From the NCBI GenBank assembly GCA_018896215.1, contig JAHINB010000006.1, positions 2,941-66,940 on the forward strand: a stretch of 64,000 nt of DNA, written 5' to 3'. Position numbers and translations under genes: made by a program. The notes beneath the pieces are model-generated. The model did no database searches and was not told where the DNA came from. It saw only the letters and a list, made by a program, of their open reading frames with translations. Positions 37,096 to 46,131 of this stretch are shown here, piece after piece. How positions within the stretch are numbered: position 1 is the stretch's first letter; each line of letters opens with the position of its first letter. This DNA is from Patescibacteria group bacterium. Its GTDB lineage: Bacteria > Patescibacteriota > WWE3 > 0-14-0-20-40-13.

Positions 37096-38699
37096 AGAAT
37101 GTTAGAAATATAATCTTTTGGTCAGTGCTTACAATTTTAGCCCTAATTCCACGCATGTATTTTTTGGGAAGGGATTTTTATTCTATTGATTCCAATCGCT
37201 GGTTTAGAAGAGCCGTAAACTTTCAACATGCCTTCTTAAACGGAGATTTTGCAGGAACTTATCAAAAACAACATCCTGGGGTAACAACCATGTGGCTTGG
37301 AGGAACTGCCTACAGAGCCTTAACTGTAATCTATCCAAAACTAACAGGACATATTTTGGATGAAAATATTCCAAACGACTTTGTAACCATTAATTTTGTC
37401 GTTAAGCTTTCGCAAGTTTTAGCAACACTAACTCTTGTTTTTATAGCCTACAGATTAATAAAAAAGTGCTTTGACAGAAAAATTGCCTTGCTGTATTTAT
37501 TGTTAGTTTTGATAGATCCTTTTTTTCTTTTTTATACGCGACAATTTCATGTGGATGTACTTTTTTCTTCTTTCTCATTGATAGGAGTTCTCTATACATA
37601 TTTGTTTATAAATTCTAAATCCGAAATCCTAAATTCTAAATTTAGATACCTCCTTCTTTCGGCAGTGTTTTTTGGTTTGGCGTTTCTATCTAAATCTCCA
37701 GCAATTGTAATCGCCTTTGGATGTGGATTGGCTATTCTAATTAAAGGAATGTTCGTAGATAAAAAGGTAGGGCAAACTCTAAAATCCTGTGTGATATTTT
37801 CCTTGATACTTTTGGCAACCTACCTTATCGTCTTTCCTGCCAACTGGGTAAATCCAGTAGAGGTAACAAGGCAAATCATTCACGATTCCTTAGAGAACAC
37901 AGATAAAATAAGCTCGGTGTATATTATTAATCACGCCGATTCTAATTTTGGCGATAAATTCTATCTGTTAGTATTTCTCTTTAGATTTTCTCCATTTCTC
38001 GTCGCGGGAATCCTATTTTTAACCGTAAGATATTTCTCATCGTTTGTTATCAGAACAATACAAAAAGGGACGATCCCGACTATGTCGGGTTCGTCCCTAA
38101 TGAAGTTCCTACCTTTTTCCGGATATCTTATTTTACTTGCCTTGCTTTTTGAAGACAACAAACTCTACGAGCGCTACCTTCTCCCTTTTGTATTACCGTT
38201 AACATTGCTCGTTGCTTATAAAATTGCTCCCCGTATAAAAACCTCTCTTATTAAACCTGCTACCATTTTCTCCCTTGTAGTATTTTCTTTTTACCAAATC
38301 TTTGTTATTGCCCCAAACTTTATTGTCTATCCTACTCTTTTTGCTACACGAAACATACAAATGAAACTCTTTATAGAACTTGGAGGTTGCGAATCGATGC
38401 TTTACAATGTGGCATCGGATATTAATAACATTGAAGGGAATGATGACGACACCTACTCTATTGGCATTGGAGGAACTTACAAAGGTTGTTTAAAACCCTA
38501 CACAATCGGGGTTGTGGATGACATGGCAGAGTATGTAAGACGCAAAACGCCACTTAACGAATACCCAAAATATTTAGTTTTATTTAAAACTGACAATAGA
38601 TGGCTAGAAAGCCCCTACATTATGAGCGCTTACAATCTAATTAACACCTATTACATCTCCACTACACCAATTTACTACTTGTACCAAAAGAAAATCTAA
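37092..38699 (+). CDS. Polytopic membrane protein, GT-C-like; HPGVT-MW paralog family.
   Basis: WFRRAVNFQHAFLNGDFAGTYQKQHPGVTTMWLGG. Confidence 0.45.
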   Translation: MKNVRNIIFWSVLTILALIPRMYFLGRDFYSIDSNRWFRRAVNFQHAFLNGDFAGTYQKQHPGVTTMWLGGTAYRALTVIYPKLTGHILDENIPNDFVTINFVVKLSQVLATLTLVFIAYRLIKKCFDRKIALLYLLLVLIDPFFLFYTRQFHVDVLFSSFSLIGVLYTYLFINSKSEILNSKFRYLLLSAVFFGLAFLSKSPAIVIAFGCGLAILIKGMFVDKKVGQTLKSCVIFSLILLATYLIVFPANWVNPVEVTRQIIHDSLENTDKISSVYIINHADSNFGDKFYLLVFLFRFSPFLVAGILFLTVRYFSSFVIRTIQKGTIPTMSGSSLMKFLPFSGYLILLALLFEDNKLYERYLLPFVLPLTLLVAYKIAPRIKTSLIKPATIFSLVVFSFYQIFVIAPNFIVYPTLFATRNIQMKLFIELGGCESMLYNVASDINNIEGNDDDTYSIGIGGTYKGCLKPYTIGVVDDMAEYVRRKTPLNEYPKYLVLFKTDNRWLESPYIMSAYNLINTYYISTTPIYYLYQKKI

Positions 38700-38703
38700 A
38701 ACC

Positions 38704-38729
38704 TAAAAAGCAAAATGTCCCCAAAATCT
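38704..38729. repeat. 26-bp direct repeat, copy 1 (taaaaagcaaaatgtccccaaaatct); right boundary of the putative 1.4-kb insertion.
   Basis: Exact 26/26 match to 40142-40167. Overlaps the stop codon of the ATPase gene. Confidence 0.8.
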
Positions 38730-39981
38730 AGGTTAATAACCATTTCCAAACAGGCGTAAGACTAATTTCCTTGTCTCCAATTGTCTCCAACCCCTCTTGA
38801 TCGTAAGTTAATATCTGTAGATTATTACACGAAAGCTCCTTTCCAGCGGTAATTAAAGCTGAAATTTCCCTATCTTTTGTTTTTTTATCCGAAATATCGT
38901 AACAAACTTGAATTAGTTGTCTTTTGTTTAAATAAAAATCTACTTCCTTGTTATTATCAGTTTTATAAGAAAAAACTTCAAAATTTGGTCTAGCTCCACG
39001 CCTTAGTAGCTCCAAAAAAACCATGTTTTCTAAAAACTTTCCGTAATCGTAAGAAAATTGAAAAGCCTGGGCATCTGCCACACCAGTATCAATTAAATAT
39101 GCTTTTTTTGGTGATCTTATTTGCTCCTTAACTTTGTGAGAATACCTGTTTAATACACAAATTAAAAAAGCAGAAACAGAAAAATCAACATATTTTTTAG
39201 TAGTATGCAAACTAGAAATCCCCAAAGAAAATTGTAATTTTCTGTAGCTAAATTCCGAAGAAAAATTAGAAAATAGATAAAAAATCAAATCTCTAACTTC
39301 TTGTGGATTACGAACTTTGTACCTAGAAACGATATCGTTTAAGATAACAGAATCAATAAGAGAAGACAGATATACTTTGGGACTCAAATTCTGCATTACG
39401 AGTTCAGGAAAACCACCAGATTTTAGATAATCGTCAAAGTTATCTTTCAATAAAGGACTTAAACCCCCGCGGTCTATCTCTTTAGCCAAAAGAAATTCTT
39501 TAAAACTAAACGGCATAATTTTTATCTCGACAAATCTACCTGTTAAGTGAGTGGACAACTCTTGACTTAATAGGTTAGCGTTAGATCCCGTCAGAAATAT
39601 ATTGTATCCCCGTCTTTGTAGACCATTCACAAATAACTCCCAGTCGAGCAGGTTTTGTATTTCATCTAAAAATACAATCTTTGTATTTGGATAGACGCTA
39701 AACAAAGCTTCTTCTAACTTACTATGATTTTTACATCCCTTTATAATAGCGTTATCAAAATTGGCGTAGGCAAAAGATTTACCTTTAAGAAGCAACAAAC
39801 AAAAAGTCGATTTCCCCGATCTTCTTGGTCCGGTCACAACTTTAATTAAAGTTTTTTCGACAAGGTTTTTAGCATCGGCGGTTTTTTCTCTTTCTATAAT
39901 ACTTGTATTCAGAATAGAATTAATATCGTTTTTTTGCTTAAAAAGCTCGTTTTTGATCATTTTAATAGTCATAATGCACAA
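38728..39981 (-). CDS. AAA+ ATPase of the COG1373 / DUF4143 family (predicted ATPase often found in mobile or variable regions).
   Basis: Walker A VVTGPRRSGKSTF, Walker B IVFLDEIQ, about 417 aa; architecture typical of DUF4143 ATPases. Flanked by 26-bp direct repeats. Confidence 0.7.
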   Translation of the reverse strand: MCIMTIKMIKNELFKQKNDINSILNTSIIEREKTADAKNLVEKTLIKVVTGPRRSGKSTFCLLLLKGKSFAYANFDNAIIKGCKNHSKLEEALFSVYPNTKIVFLDEIQNLLDWELFVNGLQRRGYNIFLTGSNANLLSQELSTHLTGRFVEIKIMPFSFKEFLLAKEIDRGGLSPLLKDNFDDYLKSGGFPELVMQNLSPKVYLSSLIDSVILNDIVSRYKVRNPQEVRDLIFYLFSNFSSEFSYRKLQFSLGISSLHTTKKYVDFSVSAFLICVLNRYSHKVKEQIRSPKKAYLIDTGVADAQAFQFSYDYGKFLENMVFLELLRRGARPNFEVFSYKTDNNKEVDFYLNKRQLIQVCYDISDKKTKDREISALITAGKELSCNNLQILTYDQEGLETIGDKEISLTPVWKWLLT

Positions 39982-40044
39982 AAAACAGTTTTTTGTTCAA
40001 TAAATTACACTTTTTATGTTAAACCAACTAGTTTTGGTTGTCAA

Positions 40045-40123
40045 ATCTATACCCATCTTATGCTAGTTTTAAACCCGTAGGGTTGTTAAAGTGGCTTAGA
40101 TAGGTATATACTCGTAGCTCACC
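40045..40123 (-). repeat. About 78-bp intergenic repeat, copy 2. Promoter-like TTTAAA-N18-TAGATT on the minus strand, facing the ATPase gene.
   Basis: About 85% identical to 1431-1510; ends right after the stop (40125-40127) of the upstream gene. Confidence 0.6.
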
Positions 40124-40124
40124 T

Positions 40125-41825
40125 TTAGCGAGCGGAGAGTGTAAAAAGCAAAATGTCCCCAAAATCTTTCTCCAAAGTAAGGTTTTCCCTAAAAAACTTC
40201 TCGGGGTCGGCGGACTTAACAAAGTTTGGGTCAGATTTAATCTCCTTTTGTAGATCAGTTTTGCTAAAAACAATATAAGAAACTCCATAGCTTCTTGCAT
40301 GTTCCAAACCCTCTTGCGTTGGAAGCCATTTGGTAAATTCCATTGAATCAAAACCATATTCGTCATTTTCATAATTCCTTGGGTTTATTAAGCCTTTTTG
40401 ATGCCTTGTAATCCAAAAGATATCATCGGAATTTTGTCTTGGGTAAGTAACGATTATTTCGGTACCCGTGTATTGACCAATTCTTCCTGTTTCTCCAACA
40501 AAATTAAAACTCACTTTTTTTGTATCTTGAGCAAGGTAGGTATAAACCTCTGGTGTTTTAGAAACATCTGTTATCGTTATTGGTATGTAAAACTCAAATA
40601 GCGTAAAAACAATGTATCCTATGATTATTAATCTTACTAAAAGAAGTTTTGTTTTAAAGTTTTTATATCTAGTTACAATTTCGCTAAGAAAAACACCATT
40701 TACAATGAGAACGCACATTAATATCACTATCCCCAATCTTTGTGTAACCCTGAACATAGGAAACAATTTGTACAAAATAAATCCCAAAGTATAAATTTTA
40801 TGCCCCGCAAAATCAAAATAAGGGGGAAAAGTAAATAAAAACACCAGAAATCCCGTTAGTCCAAAAATTAATGCTGTTTTAATTTTGTCATTTGTCATTT
40901 GACATTTGGATCTCTTTACAAAATAAGCTATTGAAAAAATAAAAACTAAAATGTTCCCCCATCCCAAAAACATCTCGGGACTTTCATTATTAAAATAATC
41001 ATCCGCCAAAAAATACCCCCAATCGCTCTTCATCCAATTTAAAACCGATTTCGTAACCCCTCCAAATACTGGATTTTGAATTGGAGGCAAAACTAAATAC
41101 CACGGTCTGCCACTAAAATTCTGGAAATCTTCCAAAGTTCTACTCACACCCCCATCAAAAGATGGTGTAATCCTATATGAAGATTTAAAATAGGTAAGAA
41201 GTGTTGGGATACAAATTAATAGAACCACTCCAAAAATCACTAAATATTTAACGAGCTCTAATTTGAACCAACCAAAGGTGAACTTTTTAAAAGTTAGTTT
41301 GATAGTAATATTAGCTAACAAAAAACTGCCCGCAAAAAGCAACAAAAAATAACCTAAATAATTACTCACAAATATTGCAAAAGCGATAAACACCCCTGTG
41401 ATAATTTGTTGTTTTAAAGTCTGGGATTTGAGAAGTAAAATAATACCAGCTGGAATCATCCAAACTTGCATTAACGCAGGATGCACCCCTAAATGAAGAT
41501 AAGTGTAGGGAGAAAAAGTAAATAGGATTGACAAAAGAAGGCTTACAAATATATTAACCTTTAGATATTTAAAAAGCAAAAAGCAAAAAATCAGAAGCAA
41601 TAAAACGCTAATTATAGAAAACAGATTAGAGAATAATATTGGATTAAATATCTGTGACCCCTCATTATAAATTAAAGAAAATATTGGCTGATTACTTTCC
41701 AAAAGATGTGTGGGGTTGTTATTAAAAGGGGCACCAATTAGTTTTTTATTAGAGAGCGCAATAAACCCACCCACCTGGTCACCTAACCCACCAATGATAT
41801 TACTTTTTAGAAATTCTATGATCAT
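40125..41825 (-). CDS. Polytopic membrane protein of unknown family; its 3' end is remodelled by the insertion and it contains a heptanucleotide-repeat tract.
   Basis: 566 aa with more than 12 TMs. In-frame (TTTGWCA)3.5 at 40884-40912 encodes KCQMTNDKIK. The last 5 codons (TLSAR) lie inside the putative inserted segment. Confidence 0.35.
   Translation of the reverse strand: MIIEFLKSNIIGGLGDQVGGFIALSNKKLIGAPFNNNPTHLLESNQPIFSLIYNEGSQIFNPILFSNLFSIISVLLLLIFCFLLFKYLKVNIFVSLLLSILFTFSPYTYLHLGVHPALMQVWMIPAGIILLLKSQTLKQQIITGVFIAFAIFVSNYLGYFLLLFAGSFLLANITIKLTFKKFTFGWFKLELVKYLVIFGVVLLICIPTLLTYFKSSYRITPSFDGGVSRTLEDFQNFSGRPWYLVLPPIQNPVFGGVTKSVLNWMKSDWGYFLADDYFNNESPEMFLGWGNILVFIFSIAYFVKRSKCQMTNDKIKTALIFGLTGFLVFLFTFPPYFDFAGHKIYTLGFILYKLFPMFRVTQRLGIVILMCVLIVNGVFLSEIVTRYKNFKTKLLLVRLIIIGYIVFTLFEFYIPITITDVSKTPEVYTYLAQDTKKVSFNFVGETGRIGQYTGTEIIVTYPRQNSDDIFWITRHQKGLINPRNYENDEYGFDSMEFTKWLPTQEGLEHARSYGVSYIVFSKTDLQKEIKSDPNFVKSADPEKFFRENLTLEKDFGDILLFTLSAR
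40142..40167. repeat. 26-bp direct repeat, copy 2; left boundary of the putative insertion. Lies inside the 3' coding end (KDFGDILLF) of gene 40125-41825.
   Basis: Exact match to 38704-38729. Confidence 0.8.
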
Positions 41826-42762
41826 TAATTATTTTTTGAACTACAGCGTATGGTCTATTCTTTACCTCTTCTAATATTCTTCTTAGATATTCTGCGACAA
41901 TGCTTACACACACAAGCTGGACACTGCCAACAAATAAAACCAAAATAGCAACCGGAGAGAAAAGCCTTGCTCCAGTGGGGGCAAAAATTGCAACTCCCAA
42001 ATATAACAAAACCGTAATTAGTGTCACAAAAATTCCTACTATCGCAGAATAAAAAATCCAATCAAAAGGAGCGTAAGAAAAAGTAAATACCTCCTTGCGT
42101 ACCCAATATAATTTTCTTGAAACGCCACTTGTCGCAACACCAGTACCCCAGAACCTTTCTGGTCTAACATAAGAGACACCTATTTGTCTAAAACCCGCCC
42201 AAGCCCTAAGACCTCGTACAAATCTATCCTTTTCTGGAAGAGAGTTAATAATATCAACAACCTTACGATCCATTAGTGAAAACTCTCCCACATCAACCGG
42301 CATTTTGACATAGCTTATTCTACTAAAAAATACATGGAAATTATGTTGCACTAACTCCCAAAACTTTCCCATACTTTTTTCTCTTTTGCTTCTATGTCCA
42401 TACACCACATCGTAACCTTCTTGCCATTTTTTAACAAAGTCAACAATAAGCTCTGGGGGATCCTGCAAATCACCATCCATTATTACTACTGCATCACCAA
42501 GAGCTTGCTCCATCCCTGTAGAAAACGCGCTTTGATTGCCAAAATTCCGGGAATGCGTAATTACAGTCACTCTTTTATCTTTTCCGGCAAGGCTTTCTAG
42601 AATCTCCTGTGATTTGTCAGGACTGGCATCATTTACATAGATTATTTCGTAGTCAGAAGTTACTTCTTGCATTACTTTGACCACTCTTTTGTAGAGTTCT
42701 TCTATATTCCCCTCGTCTTTGTACGATACAGGAACTATGGATATTTTTTTCTTGGTAAGCAT
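41800..42762 (-). CDS. Family-2 glycosyltransferase, GtrB/ArnC-like polyprenol-phosphate sugar synthase with a C-terminal TM hairpin.
   Basis: ISIVPVSYKDEGNIEEL, IYVNDASPDKS, VIMDGDLQDPPE, and C-terminal TMs (IFYSAIVGIFVTLITVLLYLGVAIF...). Confidence 0.75.
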   Translation of the reverse strand: MLTKKKISIVPVSYKDEGNIEELYKRVVKVMQEVTSDYEIIYVNDASPDKSQEILESLAGKDKRVTVITHSRNFGNQSAFSTGMEQALGDAVVIMDGDLQDPPELIVDFVKKWQEGYDVVYGHRSKREKSMGKFWELVQHNFHVFFSRISYVKMPVDVGEFSLMDRKVVDIINSLPEKDRFVRGLRAWAGFRQIGVSYVRPERFWGTGVATSGVSRKLYWVRKEVFTFSYAPFDWIFYSAIVGIFVTLITVLLYLGVAIFAPTGARLFSPVAILVLFVGSVQLVCVSIVAEYLRRILEEVKNRPYAVVQKIINDHRISKK

Positions 42763-45700
42763 ACTTTGTTAAAAACTAAGTACTCCTTTAGCTTTATTAC
42801 CCCACGGATTATCACATAAGTTAGAGAAGAAAAGAAAGTAGTAAGACAAATCCCAATAAGTAGGTCTATTTTCCTTTGCACTACATACTCAACAGTCAGC
42901 GTATAACTTGATGCATCACCAACATCCTCGGGTTCTATTTTCCACAAATTAGCATAACCATTGATTTTAAAATGACGAGTTGATGAGATTTCATTTCTAC
43001 CTTTAAAATATAGCTTCCAATTCTTATCAAACGATTCGTTAAAAACCAGGTTGTAGGAGTCTCCTGACTCATCAACTTGAACCCGATATTTTGTAGGGTT
43101 GATTTTTGTATAAGTGATATTAGGGGGTCTGGTTTTCTGTTGCTTCTCGTCACTGACTTTCTTTAAAACCACCGAGGGGCTTCCTGCCTTCGCAAACGAG
43201 ATATTCATAAAATCAACTTTTGACTTTAACTTATCGTTTATTAGAAACTCTTGTTTTAGAAATAGTAGGGAATTAGTATCTTTTTTTAACTCCATTTCGT
43301 TGTAATATGCTCCAGCCCCACTAAACTTTTCGGAAAATATTTTATACCCGCCATCTTGTTGCACACCAACAACAGCAAACCCTAAGATATCTTTAGAAAA
43401 ATTATAATCCAAAGATATACTGTAGCTACCACTGAGCTCTTTTGAGTCTACAAACTTATAATAAATATCACCCCCCTCTTCCAAAAAAAGAGTTTTGGCG
43501 AGATCGGCATAGTTATTCTCACCAATTAAATTGGATTTGTGCCATGGTTCGGTTCCCGCCAATATATTTTTCCCCCTTGGAATATCAAGAAAAAAAGAAT
43601 ATTCTTTACTATCCTCAAGTGATGTATTTCCAATGTTATACCACCCCTTAACAATATCTAAGGATGGCGTTAATTTAAATCCGGTGAGTCCGATTTTATC
43701 TCCTTTAATAAAAACATTGTAACTTCCTTTTTCTGGTACAGTGACCAAATAATGTCCCCGAGACAAATAATCCCGCTTACCGACTCCGTAAATTTGATTT
43801 GGAGAAAAAGATTCTTTTACAGAGGAAAAGTCTATGTCTTCCAAAAACAATCCTGTTGAACTTAATGCTCCTGTAAAACTTAGAAGCTCTGAAATGTCTT
43901 CTATCTCTCCATTTACATAGTAAATATTACCTATGGGATAAAATTTTTGAGAATCTTCCGTTCCATCTACTTGGTAAATCTCGAGGGCGGGTCTATTCAG
44001 AAGTTCCTTGTATAGCTCATTTTTTAGATTAACATTAGGATCGTCATTGACAATTGTCTCCAGATATTCCGGCGTAAATTTTCCAAATTCTGCCACTTTT
44101 ATAACATTTAACTTTTTTATCCAATCATCAAGTTGGCTCGGCGATAAAGTTAGTTCTCCAGAATATCTCCAATCTAAATCGTTTTCGCGAAGAATATACT
44201 TAACGCCCAAAAAGTTAAAATAATTTGAGTTTACATTACTATCACTATAAAAATTTCCAACTACTTTTTCGGAAGTGGATCCTGTATTTATTGGTCTTCC
44301 AAGAATTGTATTACCATTGCTTACAAAATTGACAGCGACATCATCAGCACTGGAAAAACCCTTAGGCCAATTCCAAGCCGACCCATAATAAGTTTTTGGA
44401 ACAGTAAGAATTCGTTCGTCTTTTAAATTCTTTTTTTGGAATTTGTAAAAGTCATCCCAATATTGAGGTACAGATACTCTAAAAGTTCGCATACTTCCAT
44501 TCCATTTATCCCAAACATGCTCACCTAAAATTGCTGGCTTACCAAAAATAAATACCAAAAATAAAAATAAAATGAAGATATTTGTTCTAAAATAGGGCTT
44601 AATCCAGTCTCTAATCCCCAACAACAATCTGTAAAAAAGAAGGGAGAATGCCAAAACATATAACTCACCAAACTTGGTAAAAGGCTCTCTAAAAACCTTA
44701 AAAGCAGAGATGTGATCGTATAAAAACCTGTACAAAATACCAAAGGGGGGTCTTGAACCACCAACCAAAAATAAACTAATCAAAAGAAACACCAACGCAA
44801 ACAATGCTGGTCTATCTTTTTTTAGCGCCAATACAACCCCATACCCCATCGTAAGAGCGACAACTAGGTAAGTAGCAATAACTACAAGAGGAGAATCGTA
44901 ATACTGGCTAAAGGGATAATAATTATAGAGATAGTGCCCCTCATACCAACCCCACTGACCAATAAATCTAAGATTTTGAAACAAGCTACCTTGATTTGTA
45001 AAGTCAGACCAATTACCATTAGAAAGTATCCCAACGCTGGAAAAATAGTATTGAACTTGCGCTACAATCCACCATAAATTACACAAGATCAAAACCATTG
45101 AATATAAAAACAGATTTAAGAGCTTAATTTTGCTCAGTCTATGAAGATTAAATATTAAATAGATGAGTTGGGGGATAAAAATCGTCATGGATAAAGCAGG
45201 ATTAGAATTTAATGAGGAAAAAATAACACTAGATAAAGCAATTATCGAAAGAGTCAAATAGTCTACTCTTTCACTTTTCAAAAGACGAACAAAGAGATAC
45301 AGGGAAAGGGGAAGATATGCCCCATCTAAAAGATAAAGATAAGAGAATGGATTTAGAGCTCCAAAAGGATTAAAAACAAGCAAAAGACACGCTGGAATAC
45401 AAGCAAAAAGCAAAAATCTTTTAAAAAGTGCTTTTGAAAGCAAAAAAAACCCAAAATATTTTAAAAAATACAGAGTAAAAATTAACAAACGCTCCGAAAT
45501 GTCTTGGGATAAAAAACACGTAAGCTTTGAATATAAGGGAATTCCAAACAAATTTGCTACATCGTAACCTGGTCCACCAAACGGAAGAGACTCCTTCCAA
45601 GAATAATTATTTGTGGTTTCTTTACAAAGTTGTAGGTACTGATAATTATCTCCACCCGCAAGTAGATGTCCATCACCAAATAACAATTGGATGTGAATAA

Positions 45701-45779
45701 TCTCTATAACCGCAATTAAAAAAAACAAAAGGACTCCTGGGGTTTTTATTGACTTAGTCAACGATAATTTTACTCCCAC
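42735..45779 (-). CDS. Giant membrane protein (1014 aa): N-terminal polytopic GT-C-like domain, large extracytoplasmic domain, C-terminal TM anchor. Tandem paralog of 46128-49799.
   Basis: Blocks shared with its paralog: LLAGGDNYQYLQL, FIGQWGWYEGHYLYNYYPF, FKVFREPFTKFGELYVL, LGEHVWDKWNGS, DDVAVNFV, ENDLDWRYSGELTLSPSQ, NGYANLWKIEPED. Confidence 0.5.
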   Translation of the reverse strand: MGVKLSLTKSIKTPGVLLFFLIAVIEIIHIQLLFGDGHLLAGGDNYQYLQLCKETTNNYSWKESLPFGGPGYDVANLFGIPLYSKLTCFLSQDISERLLIFTLYFLKYFGFFLLSKALFKRFLLFACIPACLLLVFNPFGALNPFSYLYLLDGAYLPLSLYLFVRLLKSERVDYLTLSIIALSSVIFSSLNSNPALSMTIFIPQLIYLIFNLHRLSKIKLLNLFLYSMVLILCNLWWIVAQVQYYFSSVGILSNGNWSDFTNQGSLFQNLRFIGQWGWYEGHYLYNYYPFSQYYDSPLVVIATYLVVALTMGYGVVLALKKDRPALFALVFLLISLFLVGGSRPPFGILYRFLYDHISAFKVFREPFTKFGELYVLAFSLLFYRLLLGIRDWIKPYFRTNIFILFLFLVFIFGKPAILGEHVWDKWNGSMRTFRVSVPQYWDDFYKFQKKNLKDERILTVPKTYYGSAWNWPKGFSSADDVAVNFVSNGNTILGRPINTGSTSEKVVGNFYSDSNVNSNYFNFLGVKYILRENDLDWRYSGELTLSPSQLDDWIKKLNVIKVAEFGKFTPEYLETIVNDDPNVNLKNELYKELLNRPALEIYQVDGTEDSQKFYPIGNIYYVNGEIEDISELLSFTGALSSTGLFLEDIDFSSVKESFSPNQIYGVGKRDYLSRGHYLVTVPEKGSYNVFIKGDKIGLTGFKLTPSLDIVKGWYNIGNTSLEDSKEYSFFLDIPRGKNILAGTEPWHKSNLIGENNYADLAKTLFLEEGGDIYYKFVDSKELSGSYSISLDYNFSKDILGFAVVGVQQDGGYKIFSEKFSGAGAYYNEMELKKDTNSLLFLKQEFLINDKLKSKVDFMNISFAKAGSPSVVLKKVSDEKQQKTRPPNITYTKINPTKYRVQVDESGDSYNLVFNESFDKNWKLYFKGRNEISSTRHFKINGYANLWKIEPEDVGDASSYTLTVEYVVQRKIDLLIGICLTTFFSSLTYVIIRGVIKLKEYLVFNKVCLPRKKYP

Positions 45780-46131
45780 TTTTTTTTAGTTTCTTAAAAA
45801 ATGCAACTACCAGATAAAAATATGCCCAAATAGAAATTTTCTCGGCGACAGTTTCAAGACTAAGAAACTTAAGCGGCAGCACCAAAGACAGTAATACTAT
45901 TGAAAGCATCAGGTACCAATCATGTTTTCGTGTATACACCAATTCGCACAGTAACCACAAAACCATTAAGGGAAAAAATACAAACGAATAAACAAACTCT
46001 AGCAATACCATATCCATCAAAACACCCAGCATGAACAGGAAAAGCAACATAACCTTGTTTTTTACCAGGAATTTCTTAAGGAGCTTCAGCAATCTTGCAA
46101 CTTTTAATTTTAATTTAAGAATTATCTTCAT
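45754..46131 (-). CDS. Small 4-TM membrane protein (125 aa), possibly a GtrA-like flippase subunit.
   Basis: Basic N-terminus KLKLKVARLLKLLKK followed by four hydrophobic helices. Its start and stop overlap the two giant genes, suggesting translational coupling. Confidence 0.35.
   Translation of the reverse strand: MKIILKLKLKVARLLKLLKKFLVKNKVMLLFLFMLGVLMDMVLLEFVYSFVFFPLMVLWLLCELVYTRKHDWYLMLSIVLLSLVLPLKFLSLETVAEKISIWAYFYLVVAFFKKLKKSGSKIIVD

Noticed and set aside
40058-40372. 104-aa minus-strand ORF overlapping the 3' end of gene 40125-41825 and the 78-bp repeat
   Set aside because: It is out of frame with the long membrane-protein gene and partly encoded by the repeat element. There is no independent support.
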